Source: Wallemia ichthyophaga EXF-994
Lineage: Eukaryota > Fungi > Basidiomycota
NCBI RefSeq assembly: GCF_000400465.1
Contig: NW_008806284.1
Span: 20,001 to 268,000 of the forward strand
Direction: 5' to 3'
Length of the DNA stretch: 248,000 bases
Under the pieces are notes generated by a model. That model saw only the letters and a list, made by a program, of their open reading frames with translations. It did no database searches and was not told the origin of the DNA. The position numbers were made by a program, and so were the translations under genes. This document shows positions 99,119 to 111,697 of the stretch, in pieces (position 1 is the first letter of the stretch; each line of letters starts with the position of its first letter).

Positions 99119-100584
99119 TGTCATTGATAGGGGGAGTGTTGAAGGCATTTACATCTATTCAAGCCACACAGCCACAACTTGTTTCTGCAAACAACGTTAA
99201 AAGAGCTGCTGTTGCGCTGATCCTGCGATTTAGATTGGTTGATAGTAGTCGCGGTGGTGATGGCAGTCCCAGTCCTAGTCCCAGTCCCACCAGTCCTTCC
99301 GATAGCGATTCTTCTTTGGAAGATTTATTCAATCAGCCGTGGATGCGCGATGGCAATGTCATTCCAGAGGTTCGTTGACGTGTTTTCTATATCCGGCGTC
99401 ATGCTAAGTGCTCACACCAAATAAAACCAGATTCTATTTATCCAGCGTGCTGCACGTAATGGTGACCGATGGTCTGGTCACGTCGCCTGCCCTGGTGGGC
99501 GCTATGAGCCAGACGACGAAAATCTCAAGTATACCGGTGAGAATCACCATCAGCATAAGTACACGCATGCCTAACAAACGCATTACCAGCCATGCGTGAA
99601 TGCTGGGAAGAAATCGGACTCGATATCTCTGACCGACGTCATTTCCTCCCTCTTGGCCAGCTCGATGATAGGGAAGTGACCAGCAGTCTGGGGAAAAAGC
99701 TGCTGATGATCCTCTCCCCATTCGTCTTTATCCAGACGAGGCCCGTCGATCACACTCTGCAGCTCGAGGCGCAGGAAGTGGAGTCTGTGCATTGGATACC
99801 GGTTGACGCACTCACTGATAACGCCGTTTATACGCACGTAGAGGTAGATCTACCCGCTCGTCTCTCTCCTAAATCGGAAATGGGACGCTGGGTTCTCGCG
99901 AGTGTGCTGTCTAATTCCTCACTCAGCTTTCCTGCGATAGAGCTCGCTAATAGACCGGCAGCAGTCGCTAGCCAGAGTGGCCTCGCTAGTGTGGCGCTGG
100001 AGGAGGAGAACGACGAGGATTTTGCGCCGCCTATGCCCGCTGAGCTGGACGACTCCATCAGCGAGTTACGCCAACGTACTGTACAGAACAGGCAGGTTGC
100101 GGAGGACAGAAAGGAGAGGAAAGTGGGGAAAGACATGACACAGCTATCCAAACGCCCCTCTCTCAGACTGTGGGGTCTAACACTAGGCTTCACACTCGAT
100201 TTCCTCAGCCACATACCAAGCAAGGCGAGTGAAGATACTCGTGGCGCGAAAAAAACACCGCAAAACGTCGAAACTACTCGACATCTAGCCACCGCTCACG
100301 TCATCAAAGCACTCTTCCCGTCGTTCAACTCACCCGATATCAACCTGTGGATGTGGGTGTGCGGGAGAAGATACCGCTCCATCCGCCGCCAGTGGGAGCA
100401 GGCGGCACGAAACCCAGGCAGTGCTGATAGGAGAAAGAATTGGAGTGGCACTATACGCGCTGCTCACTTTGCGACTATAAGAAGGGCGTTGATGTTCGCC
100501 GTCGTCTTTCGTATCTTGGCTGCATTCACTACTCTCTCCATCCTCGGTAGGTATTTGCAAAAGGTTGTTGCGTGGTTTGTTTGA
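99119..100584 (+). CDS. NUDIX hydrolase with C-terminal TM
   Basis: WSGHVALPG...AMRECWEEIGLD Nudix box. Confidence 0.8.
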
Positions 100585-100769
100585 GGGGGACTGAGAGGCG
100601 TATCTGTTGATTTTCTTGTTTGCCCGCCCTTCTACACGCCCTTGCACACTGCCTTTGATTGGATTAATGGATTGCACTACACGACACAACACTATATCAC
100701 ACCAAACCACACCACGTACGCTCGCACACCTGTGCGGTTGACACAGTAATAACGATAGATAGTAAAAGA

Positions 100770-102152
100770 TTATTGCATGTGCTCATGTGCGATTTGCATG
100801 ATGGCCAGCTGAAGATCGAGGCCGAGGACATCGTCATCGTCGAACCCGTTGTGATACGCGATGTCATTGTAAGGATTATCCTGCTCGACTTGCGCGCCAT
100901 CCTGATTCTGGAGGAGGCCATCAAATAGCTTCTGAAAGCAGTATGTGCCGGGAGTATTGAAGTGTGGGTAAGGGTTGGAAGGAACGAGGCGACCACCACA
101001 GAGGAAGCAGAAATGAGTGCCGCACCTACAACTCATGTGGTTACATCCGGAGCTCTTCTCCGTCCTGACAGCACAGTGGGGACAAGCCTGCGCGGTGTTT
101101 TCGATAGTCCTACGACTCGCCTCCGACTCGAGAAAGTCAGCGAGGAGGCGCTGAAGGTACTTTCTACCGTAGCGACTCTCCAGGGCGAGTTGATCGCGTG
101201 AGTTTGATTGTTCCAGCGCATGAGCGTAAGCGCGAACGTAATGGAGCGTCGTCGAGACGGGACAAGCTGCCACGGGCCCGTGGTATGTGCGGCGGCAGTA
101301 GCAGCAGAAAGCGAAGGAGCATTGAGGACAGACGCGCAATCGCTGTGCACCCTCATCACTCTCGCTGTCACCTACGAGTGCGTTCTCGGGTGGACGCGCA
101401 ACGGGTGTGTGGCAGAGGGGGCAGTACACGGTGCGCGGATCGTCTTCTGCAGCTTTCTTCTGACGTAGATACACCACGCGCTGGTGGACTCTCTCCCCAC
101501 TCACCTCTAGGATGGTTGCATCGGGTATGGGCAGTGTGCAGGTCGGCGAGGGACAGATGAGACTGTCTAGCGAGCCTTCGCGCACGTGCAGCTCGGTCAT
101601 GTCGCGTAGACACGCAGCGCACACCGCACACCCACACGGCATCTCTGCCCCGTGCACTCCCTTGCGCCGCCGCAAGCAGATGGGACAGTCGTAGCTGCTT
101701 TCTGCGAACACCGTGGCTGCGTGTGTCCGGTTGTACGCGCGTAGTGTGGCGGCGAGTGTCGCGAGCGCGTGTGTGTCTTGCACTTGTATTGAAGCGGGAG
101801 GGTATGCGTGCAGAACGTGCATTGTGCGTAGGAGCTCTCCTTCTCCTTCCTCGCTTTCTTCCCGTATTAGCCTCTCCAACTCCGCCTTGTTGCCAGCCGT
101901 GCCCGCCACTGCTTCGATATGGGAGAGCATCGGCGTCGGTGAGCTGCTGCCGTCCAGCGTAAATGTGACAGACGTCGGTGGCAGCTGGCCCACATTCAGC
102001 TTAACGCTCTGGTTATCAAGTCGCGTGCGCAAGGTGATTCCACTGTCTACACTGATGCTTGTGCGTAGACGAATATTCCCATTGTCCTTAGTTGCCGACC
102101 CTTCCCCGTAAATGGCATTGACAATTTCGATTTCTTCTGCAATGTCGAGCAT
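100770..102152 (-). CDS. RBR E3 ligase (RNF14/Itt1-like)
   Basis: RWD-like N-terminus, RING1, IBR, RING2 GCNHMSC.CGTHFCFLC. Confidence 0.88.
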   Translation of the reverse strand: MLDIAEEIEIVNAIYGEGSATKDNGNIRLRTSISVDSGITLRTRLDNQSVKLNVGQLPPTSVTFTLDGSSSPTPMLSHIEAVAGTAGNKAELERLIREESEEGEGELLRTMHVLHAYPPASIQVQDTHALATLAATLRAYNRTHAATVFAESSYDCPICLRRRKGVHGAEMPCGCAVCAACLRDMTELHVREGSLDSLICPSPTCTLPIPDATILEVSGERVHQRVVYLRQKKAAEDDPRTVYCPLCHTPVARPPENALVGDSESDEGAQRLRVCPQCSFAFCCYCRRTYHGPVAACPVSTTLHYVRAYAHALEQSNSRDQLALESRYGRKYLQRLLADFLESEASRRTIENTAQACPHCAVRTEKSSGCNHMSCRCGTHFCFLCGGRLVPSNPYPHFNTPGTYCFQKLFDGLLQNQDGAQVEQDNPYNDIAYHNGFDDDDVLGLDLQLAIMQIAHEHMQ

Positions 102153-102204
102153 CGAGGTATCAACCCATCAAGGAATATAACGGGTACAAATCCAATAAAT
102201 ATAT

Positions 102205-103961
102205 CAAGTCTATAAGATACAAGTTACCTCAGTCTCAGTCTCACTCCTCACTCCTCACTTTTTCCCCCCTCGAAATGTTTGAAAGCGTTGCGAAAGTCGT
102301 TGGCGATATCCGTCTCTTGCTCATCGGGCAGGGTGCAATTACGCCAATCAGCGCGCTGCGGGATGTCGAGGAAGGAAGCTAGAGCGAGTCTAGCGAATTG
102401 CTGATTGAAGGGTGCAGGGCGAATGAGATGAACGAATTTTCCGCCATTAGGGAGATCAACTGGGAGTTTTATTGAGTTAGCTGTCTATTGTCTAACCCCT
102501 TCCCCACTCACCTCTCAAATACGATTGTCCATCTTCCAGCTCATCGAGCGCCTTTTGGGGATCACTCTCCCATTCCACGCCCTGTGCTACGCCTTCGTTG
102601 GTGAGATGCGCGCCGAGTGCGCTTATGATCTCGTTGGGGATTGGTACAGCTTGGATGTGTGCGTGCCCACCGCGCGACCAATACCGCCCCAGCTCGTAAG
102701 AAACGAGAGAAGAGTTGTATTTAGCGTAGCAGCGCGCGAGCGCATCGCGCCAGTCAAGCAACTCCGATTGAACACGCTGCGCTATATCCGCAGGCAGCGA
102801 GAAGAGATTAGGGTAGTGGGAGATGGGTATGATCAAAACATGCCCTCCGCCCGGCACAGCCGATGTGGCGGGGTCGATTAGCTGTCCTTTGGGAAGGGTG
102901 ATGTAGCACTCTTCTCCTATTGACACGATTAGGTGTTTCGTTACGCGGGGGTTGGAAAGACAGAACCAGCACTCGTCCTGTGATATTTCACCCTGGTGCC
103001 GCTTGTTCTTTTTGCCTCGTTTACTTGCCTCATCGTAGGCTGACGCTTGCTGGGCGAATATGTAGCTATTTCCACTCTCTTTCCCCTCCTCCTCGGCACT
103101 GCGTTTCTGGACTTGGGTAAGCGCAGGCAGGGGAGAGGACGTCGAGGCAGGTGGAACATCCTCCTTGCTGTGCCCACGTGGTGTGATGGAGAAGGCGTAG
103201 AAGGAGCGTTGTTTCTGCGTATTGCCGAACTGGCCGAGGGAAATAAAGCGTGTAGATAGGCCATTAGGAGAAACGAAAGGCTCCCTCTCCCAGAACACAC
103301 GCTGACCGCCGCTAAATACGTACTTGGGGGTGGAGTAGCTGACGGCGGAAGTGACGGCGCTGCTGCCCCAGGAGTGCGCAGGTGGGTGAGCAGCAAGATT
103401 GGGGAGTGGCTTGTTGGAGAGTAGGGTGATGCTGGATGGCCAGGAGTGTGTGAGGAGGATGTCTAAGTTGGCGTTGGAGAGAGACTTGGCGTGTGCTCGG
103501 GCAGCAGCTAAAGAGGAGCTATCGGAGGTGTTTCGACGGGGATCAAAGAATTCTGTAAAGCTGTTGAGGGTGGTTTGAGTAATGGCGGGGCTGTTGTTGT
103601 CGTGTTGATCACCTTCAACCAAAGTAGATGTATCGTGCACACCACCAAAGGCACCAATACGCAGACCAGAACGGGTGGTGAGTACAGACGATTTGGCCAA
103701 CATGAAAACACGCTGAGCAATAGCACCACCACCGTTGTCGAGTTTATCGAGTAAGGAAGCATGTGGGGGTTGACGCCCGAGAGTGTAGTAAACGTCGATG
103801 GGTGGGTTGAGTGAGCCATTAATCACAGCGTCAATCTCATCATCATTGGCAGATTCGAATAAATCACCAGCCACCAAGGTTAAATTGAAATTGTGTTTGC
103901 TGGTCAGTGCAGCTATCTTATCGAATAACGCGTGGATGGAAGTAGAAGGAGGACCAATCAC
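102205..103961 (-). CDS. DRN1: CWF19L1/Drn1 CwfJ protein
   Basis: CWFCLSNPRVTKHLIVSIG, GGHVLIIPISH. Confidence 0.88.
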
Positions 103962-104053
103962 AAGGCTGATCGGGAGTTATAAATTATCATTTAATATTTT
104001 TAGTTTACTCACACTTTCGTTGATTCTACGCTCATCACCGTACACCACCAAGA

Positions 104054-104692
104054 ATGACATCGGCAATTTTATTCGGATCTACGGGGGCAGTCGGGAAGCA
104101 CCTTAAGGCGTGTTTGTTGAATAGCGCGGACATCAGCCACGTAACTGAAGCAGCTAGATCCGTGGATAACACCACCAACGGCAAACTCACCCAAATCAAA
104201 CTAGACGCAAACACCAAATTACACCCCCAATACGATCTAGTATTCATTACTCTAGGCACAACAGCTAAAAACGCTGGTAGTTCAGAGAAGTTTGAAGAAA
104301 TAGATAGGCATTTGGTCGTAAACCTAGCCAAGCAGGTTTCTAAAGATAGCGCGCACGTAATTTACTGCTCATCTGCTAATGCTAATCCAAATTCGACCTT
104401 CTTATATCCACGTTCTAAGGGATTGACAGAGATGTCGTTGAGTGAACTCGGGTATAGCTCGACAACCATTTTCAGGCCTGGGTTTTTGAAGCACGCCAAG
104501 AGATCAGATAGTAGACCTGCTGAGAGCTTCTTTGGGTATCTCACTGGTTTCCTCGGTTACTTTACATCTGCTGTAGAGATACCTGTACAGAAGCTTGGTG
104601 AAAGCATGGTGTTAGCTGGATTAAAGCAGCTTAAAGAGAAATCTAACAAGACCATATTCGTATCCAACAAAGAAGCCCTGAACCTCAATTGA
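104054..104692 (+). CDS. FMP52: Fmp52/HTATIP2-like NAD(P)-binding protein
   Basis: LFGSTGAVG, TLGTTAKNAGS..FEEID, LYPRSKG, IFRPG. Confidence 0.88.
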   Translation: MTSAILFGSTGAVGKHLKACLLNSADISHVTEAARSVDNTTNGKLTQIKLDANTKLHPQYDLVFITLGTTAKNAGSSEKFEEIDRHLVVNLAKQVSKDSAHVIYCSSANANPNSTFLYPRSKGLTEMSLSELGYSSTTIFRPGFLKHAKRSDSRPAESFFGYLTGFLGYFTSAVEIPVQKLGESMVLAGLKQLKEKSNKTIFVSNKEALNLN

Positions 104693-104726
104693 TTGTACTC
104701 ATGTCATCATCATTTACACTTAATTC

Positions 104727-104918
104727 ATGTCCAATCCATCCATATTCAAGCCAACGTCTATCTTCTCCTTAATCCTCCGATGCTATTATAAAAACACCAC
104801 TGACCTCCCAACCACGATTCAGCCTAACTTCCAGTACGTCAAGAATGACTTAAGCAGCATACAAACTATGGATACACAAGACGAACACAGCTACAAGCAT
104901 CTCTTTTCATCTTTTTAA
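104727..104918 (+). pseudogene. Truncated tandem copy of the orphan gene at 105251
   Basis: MSNPSIFKPT...TDLPT.IQPN.QY.KND.SSIQTMDT shared with 105251 copy; ends early. Confidence 0.6.
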
Positions 104919-104974
104919 AGGCCTATATTCATTTCGTTTCTGGAGTTACACTACCAGGTAAAAATCCCTATCTA

Positions 104975-105130
104975 GTGACCAGCGGGTTAACCTCACCGGT
105001 CGGATGCTTTGATTGCAGAGCTTCCAAGACCTCTGTGGTGAGCTTGGCACACCCAAAGATCCACCAAGAACGTTTGACGCCGATCCTGGCCTTCCTTGCT
105101 CCACATATCCTTCTGGTGAGATTATGTTTC
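104975..105130 (-). mobile_element. Possible frameshifted relic of a CRE/Cnl1-like non-LTR retrotransposon
   Basis: YVEQGRPGSASNVLGG..[fs]..TTEVLEALQSKHPTGEVNP resembles the pre-RT region of CRE-clade elements (from memory). Confidence 0.35.
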
Positions 105131-105250
105131 TGGCTTGATCAAAGCAGCTTTAAGAGAATTCAAACAAGACTACATTCATGTCCAACAAACATATCCTGAA
105201 TCTTGGGTGATATTTATTTATACCCATACCATCACCATTTGCACTCAATT

Positions 105251-105671
105251 CATGTCCAATCCATCCATCTTCAAGCCAACGCCTGGCTTTCTCCTAAATC
105301 CTCCATCCCTATCAAAGAACATTACTGACCTCCCAACCATGATCCAACCCAACATCCAGTACATCAAGAATGACACAAGCAGCATACAAACTATGGATAC
105401 ACGCGACGATAACGGCTACATGTACCTCTTCGACGACAAAGCTGAGCTCAACGATTACGAGCACAATGAATCACACAAACTAATTCTTCATAAAATTTTC
105501 CCAAATAAACTCAAACCAAAGAAAGTTCAGGGCTATCAAATCAAAGAGAGCAATATGAAACTCTATCACACTCTCACCTCCATATACCCAATCGTTGATG
105601 AGGATATCAACTACACTCCCGACTCTGCACTTCAAGGCTATGACCATATGGAAAAAACACTGTGTCTGTAA
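105251..105671 (+). CDS. Orphan protein (longer tandem copy)
   Basis: About 140-aa ORF; paralog 524 bp upstream. Confidence 0.45.
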
Positions 105672-105696
105672 TATTATACATGTATTCAAATCTACC

Positions 105697-106581
105697 TCAC
105701 TTCCTTCTCCTCTTCTTACGAATTTCCATCATATCAGTATCAACATCCACCTCCTTCGCTGCGGTGAGTCCTGCATTTATACTCCTCCCAAGTCCCAGAA
105801 ATGGTCCCGTCATCCCTGCTGGTCCTGCCGGCATTTTCTTCTTTTTACCGTTCAAAACGCTGCTGATGGATGACGTGCCTAGAATATCCTCAAACGGCAC
105901 ACCTAAATAGCTACTGGGGGGAGCATTCAATTCGCTCTCCATTGTATTTCCATTCCCGTTAACGTTTCCACTACCACTAGTACTTCCATCTGCTTGCGTC
106001 GGTGTGCCACCTTGACTTGTGCTTGCATGACCTGATTTTCTATTGCGACTTGTGCGCGTAGATCTCGAGAAAGTGGAAGGATCAAGGAGGGAATCAGAGC
106101 CAACATCAGCGTCCTTCTCCTCCTTAAGTTTCCTCCTCTTTTCTTCAATAGCCTCGCTCAGCCTAGTTTTGATAGAGCGCTGTACGACGTCGTATTCCTC
106201 CTGTACGCGTGCCCGCTCTATCTCATACAGGGAGCGAGCCGAGTCCATTGCGTATCCGTGAGCGTGCTTCACTGCCGAAAGCTGCGCGTCACGCTCTAGA
106301 CTGAGTTCGTACAATCGGAGTGTCTGTTCGCGGCATATCATCGGTGCTCCTGTGCTGGGTGCACGTGTTGCATCGTATGCTGTCGTCGGCGTCGTTGATA
106401 GGAGGTGGTTGTGCACGTCGAGCAATCTGTTGTGTGTTTCGAGGAATATCAGGTCACGCTTCTCGTAAGTCTCCCCCGTTTGTCGGCTTAGTTTCTCCAC
106501 TAAATCCCGCCGCTTCTTATCCCGCTTCGTCTCCGGCGCTTCACTCGTCCAGCCCAGCTCGTTTCCAACTTCAGACGACAT
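105697..106581 (-). CDS. Sds3-like Rpd3L subunit
   Basis: ETKRDKKRRDLVEKL, coiled coil, EVDVDTDMMEIR. Confidence 0.7.
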   Translation of the reverse strand: MSSEVGNELGWTSEAPETKRDKKRRDLVEKLSRQTGETYEKRDLIFLETHNRLLDVHNHLLSTTPTTAYDATRAPSTGAPMICREQTLRLYELSLERDAQLSAVKHAHGYAMDSARSLYEIERARVQEEYDVVQRSIKTRLSEAIEEKRRKLKEEKDADVGSDSLLDPSTFSRSTRTSRNRKSGHASTSQGGTPTQADGSTSGSGNVNGNGNTMESELNAPPSSYLGVPFEDILGTSSISSVLNGKKKKMPAGPAGMTGPFLGLGRSINAGLTAAKEVDVDTDMMEIRKKRRRK

Positions 106582-106690
106582 TGTGGTGTGTGTTGAAGGT
106601 GTGGGTGGGGAATTAAATTAATTTGATTTTCCATTTAAATTTAATCAATTATATCCATATTTACATTTCTTCTCCTTGCTTACACTCGTT

Positions 106691-109600
106691 CATGGTCAAA
106701 CGCACTCAAATGGCAAGCATCGCATAGTTTTGGGAGATGGCTCACCTGACTCCCCCTATAGGATTCCAGCGATGGTGGCAGCGAAAGCGCCAGCGATTTC
106801 GACTATGAGGCGATGAACGCTATAGCTGAGGACAGCTATAAAGAGCCAAACGAATTCGAGGACAGCGACAGCGACAAGGATAATATGAATGTCGACAGTG
106901 AAGACGCTCAAACTCTCAAGTCAAACGGTGGTGCATTCAGAGCACCAACTAAAGACGAAGTTCAATCACTCAAAGAGACAGGAGAACTATTCAAATCAAA
107001 TCTATTCAGGCTTCAGGTGGGTCAGTGGTTTTTACGGTCGATGCGCTAAATAAGCAACCCAGATTGAATCCCTTCTCGAGGAGATACAACAGCCGTCTTC
107101 TCAGGCTGAAAGTCTGACACACGCACTACACGCTATCAGGAACCTCATAATAGATCTTAAACCCATTCCTAAATCACAGGATGGCAAATTATCAACCAAA
107201 GAAGCCAACAGCTATCTCAAAAAGCATCACCTCAGCTTGCCTCTATCCAGGGAAATCCCGCTAGACGTCAATTGGGGAGTCGGATTCGATAAACCTCACA
107301 CTGTTCAAGTTGGTGGTGCATGGCCACTTAAAACCGGCGTCAAAAGGCGGTCGAGCAAGAAGAAAGCTTGGCAAGTCACTCTCGCTGTATTCCTCCCTTC
107401 CCACCTCATCCAAGAGAAGGATCATATGAATGACAGGTGGCTCTTCAAACAAGCCTTCTACGTTACCATATTGGCTGAAGTCTTGGCAAACAGTAAGCTG
107501 GAGGTGGATGTACAAGTGACGCATGAGAATGGTTTGGAATTAGAACCGGTAATCAACATAACCGGTAAGAAGGGCAGCAAATTTATTCCCAGCAATGCAA
107601 CAATCACTATTGTCCCTGCATTAGGTCATCCTTGTCCATTCAAACCCCTCAGCAAAATATCACCTGCTAAGATTGGTTCGAAATTGAGCAATGCATTTAT
107701 CAAGCCATCATTACTAACAACTCACCTGTCGTACTTGTACAATATCGCAGAAACAGTCCCTGCTTTCAGAGACGCTGTCAAATTACTCAAAATTTGGTCA
107801 AACCAGAGAGCCCTTGAGTGGTTCTTGGAGGGTTTTAATGCTGAGTTTTTGGTTGCGCTGCTTGTTGAAGGTGATCAACATGGCAGCAAACGTGTTGGAA
107901 AAGGACTCAGCTCGTATCAGCTTTTCAAAGCAGTGATGGATCTTATAGCCCAGACTGATTTTAGTAATGTCTTCATCAAGAGTACTTCTGCCAGTGGGTT
108001 TTCACAGGAGGATTTTGTGGGTAGCTCTACTTTACTTTTCGTCGATCCTACACGCACATTTAATTTCATGGACGGTCTCTTGCCTGAGGATGTCCAAGTG
108101 ATGGCCTTCGAAGCTAAGATGACACTTGACGCACTCAGCGACGAAAGTGATAGATTTGAAGAGACATTTATGCGTGACTTGCGCAACCCCATGCCCAGAT
108201 TCGATCTGTTAGGCAAGACGACATTGCCATTGAAACTGATGAAGAAGATGAAGAAGGGTGTGAATGTAAGACAGTCCATCGCATCAATTCTCACACAGGC
108301 ACTTGGTAATCGGGTAAAAGTGATCAATTTACAAATCCACAATGACAACATAGTCATAGGGTTGATACTTGAATCTGAAATGGCTGGTAGGATGGTCGAC
108401 CATGGGCCGCCCGCCGAAGATAAAGAGGGATGTGAGCAATTCAGAGCATTCTGGGGGGAGGTGTCAGACATGAGGCGATTCAAGGATGGAAAGATAAACG
108501 AGAGTGTAGTATGGACGCAGGGAGGATCGAAAGAACACATTCCAATCCAAATTGTGAAATGGATTCTCGGACGTCATTTCCACATGGAAGGATTCACATT
108601 CATAGCTGAAGAATTCGACGGATTGCTAGACGCCGGTGCGGTAGATGGAGTTACGACATTCAACGATTTTGACACACCCCTGCAATCCTACGATGACTTC
108701 CAGAGGATGTTGCGCGACATGACCAGTCTGCCACTGGAAGTAATGAACGTTTCCCCATCTACACCCCTCCTACGCCACACATCACCATATCCACAACCCA
108801 CGCGCGATATGAACAGATTCGGTCTCACGCCTACTTCTGCGCGATACATTCCGGCAGCCGAGATGAATGTGCAGTTCGAAAGCAGTGGTAAGTGGCCAGA
108901 CGACTTGGGGGCAATCCAAGTGACGAAAGCCGCGTTCCTCGAAGCATTAGGTGAAGAGCTACAAAAAGGGGGTGAGTACACAGCGCAAGTAGTCATCGAT
109001 CACCCCCTTCCTTGCGACATAGAAGATGCGGTTTCACTAGAAGTCGTCAACGACCGAGGCTATGCATGGAAGCTACGCATCCAGCACGACAGAGAGCTGA
109101 CGCTGCTCGAGAGGAAGCTCAACGACAAGAGCGGTACGACAGACACTCAAAGACAGCATTTGAAGGGTGTGCGCGAGAGGTACATGCAGAAATTTTCCCA
109201 TAAACCCCGCCACCACCAGGCCGTGATGGCTCTCACGCACAGGTTTAAAGCCTACGCTAAGACGGTGAGGCTCGTGTCACGCTGGGTGGATGCCCATCTC
109301 CTTTCCCCTCACGTGACCCACGAGTTCGTCGAGCTAGTTGTGGCTAGTGTGTTCCTCAACAGTGGCACATACGCACCACCAGCGACAGCAGCACTCGGTT
109401 TCCTCCGCTCTGTTATGCTACTTGCAGAGTGGCAATTCAAACAAGAGCCCTTGCTCGTGCCTCTTTACACAGCGTCGCAGATGCAAGAGGAGCACGTAGA
109501 CAAGAAAGTAGTTTTCCCTGCTCGAGAACGAAGTGGAGCGGAGAAGGCGTTTGAAATACTGCGCAGAACGGATCCAGACGTCACTACGACTGCCATGTTC

Positions 109601-110238
109601 GTAGCTACAGAGCGCGATTCTTCAGGCGGAAACTTCACACATCGCAAACCAACCACCGTCGTCGCTGGCCGTTTGCAGGCTGTCGCAAAGGCTGCAATGG
109701 ATGCACTGGTGCATAAAGATGGACTGGAAGTTATGGTGCGTTAGCGTGTACTGCCGTCTTCCCTGCTAACGGTTTCGCTATAGCATCTGTTCAAATCTCC
109801 CACTCATATCTACGATTTCGTCGTCTACCTCAAACCGATTGCTAACACCCGTCTTTATCAGTCGCTCCTCGATGATAGATATAAGGCTGGGGATGTCGAT
109901 ATTTCGAATGAACCGCTCGTCGGTTTTGACCCGACTGCCTTACTCGTCGAACATCTTGAACGCGTTTATGGAGATGTACTTCTCTTTTTCCATGATAAGT
110001 GCGGTGGTTGTATAGTGGGTGCACTGTGGAATCCTACATACAACGCACCTCGCAAGTGGAAAGTTGGACTGCATTATCCAGTCAAGCCGACCGATGTGAG
110101 TGATTTTTAATCATTTCTCACCCAACTAACCACCTTTGTAGCAGGGCAAAGATGAAGTAGTCATCGACAAGCAGGCTATTATTGCAGAGATAGCTGCACT
110201 TGGTTATGACATGATGGATAGCATCGGACACGCATAAT
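106691..110238 (+). CDS. UTP22: Nrap/Utp22
   Basis: LFKSNLFRLQ, RRFKDGKINESVVW, FESSGKWPDDL. Confidence 0.93.
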
Positions 110239-110276
110239 TTATTAGAATTAGTTTTAAAATCATGCATTCTCAACGG

Positions 110277-111525
110277 TTAAATATTACTGTAGTCAATTGG
110301 CGTTTCGTGTTTCTTGTTGTCTTGTAATTTACGCGCAGCCTTAGCAAAGTCGTCTTGTCTTACGAAGTCTCTCTCATCACGAATAGCAACCATACCAGCT
110401 TCTGTGCAGACATTACGCAAATCGGCACCATTAAAGTTCTCACAGAGTTTAGCAACCGATTCAAAGTCGATTTCACCCTCTTTATTTATATCCTTAGCGT
110501 GAATTTTGAGAATTTCAGTTCTTCCAGTTGCATTTGCGAGAGGGATAAAGATCTTTCTATCCAAACGACCAGGACGCATAAGAGCAGGATCGAGAGTATC
110601 AGGTCTGTTTGTAGCCATGATAACTTTAGTTTTACCAAGATTATCGAAACCGTCTAGCTGGTTGAGTAGCTCCATTAAAGTTCTCTGTATTTCACGATCA
110701 GCGGATGTACCTTCACTAAACCTACGGCCACCGATAGCGTCAATTTCGTCCATGAAGATGATGCAAGGCTCGTGCTCCTTGGCGTAACCGAACATTTCCC
110801 TAATGACTCTGGCTGATTCACCGATGAACTTGTCAACGATGGCAGATGAGACGACTTTGAGGAAGTTGGTTTGGAGGGTAGCAGCACATGCGCGTGCGAT
110901 TAGAGTTTTACCTGTACCAGGAGGACCGTATAAGAGGACACCTTTAGGGGGATTGATGCCAACTCTAGAGAAGAGTTCAGGGTTGTTTAGGGGTAACTCG
111001 ATGACTTCTCTGAGTTCTCTGATTTGATCAGTTAAACCACCAATACCCGCGAAAGAAGCTTCACCAGGGTTTTCCATGGACATGTTATACACCATTGGAT
111101 CAACTTCACGTGGGAGTATTCTCATGATGGTGAGTGTGGTCATGTCGAGGGAAACTCTAACACCTTGTATGAGTTTTGATTGGTTGATTGTCGGTCTAGC
111201 GTGTACAACGTATCTAGGACCGGAAGAAGCTTTAACGATGAATCTCTCGCTGTCGAGTTGCTTAAGCACTTCACCAATAATCTGACCAACAGATTGCAAC
111301 GATTTCATGTCTTCCTCTGTTTGATTGAAAGAGCCATCCATGTCTTTGATATTCCTGCGTATATTCCTCAGCCTCTCACTCAATTGCTCATGTTCTGTGA
111401 TCTTTGAGCGATATTCCCTAAGTGCATCTGCGCTGTGTGTAAGATATTTACTCTATAAAAAATCAATAAACCAACCTTCCTGTGACATTTCCTTCAGTTT
111501 TTGGTGGTATTTGGTTGAGATGCAT
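110277..111525 (-). CDS. RPT4: 26S proteasome ATPase Rpt4
   Basis: [36 protein letters not shown]. Confidence 0.97.
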
Positions 111526-111697
111526 AGCCGCGTCATCAACGGATAAAAAGTTTGAAAAGATAATTACAATATTTAGTATACTTAATTTAAGTTTAATAAC
111601 TCATTGATATTTACATTTATTCTTTGATCCATCTCCCATCTCTAATCCACCTCTTGAACAACCACCACAACCACCAATTCCCTTGATTTATAAAATA

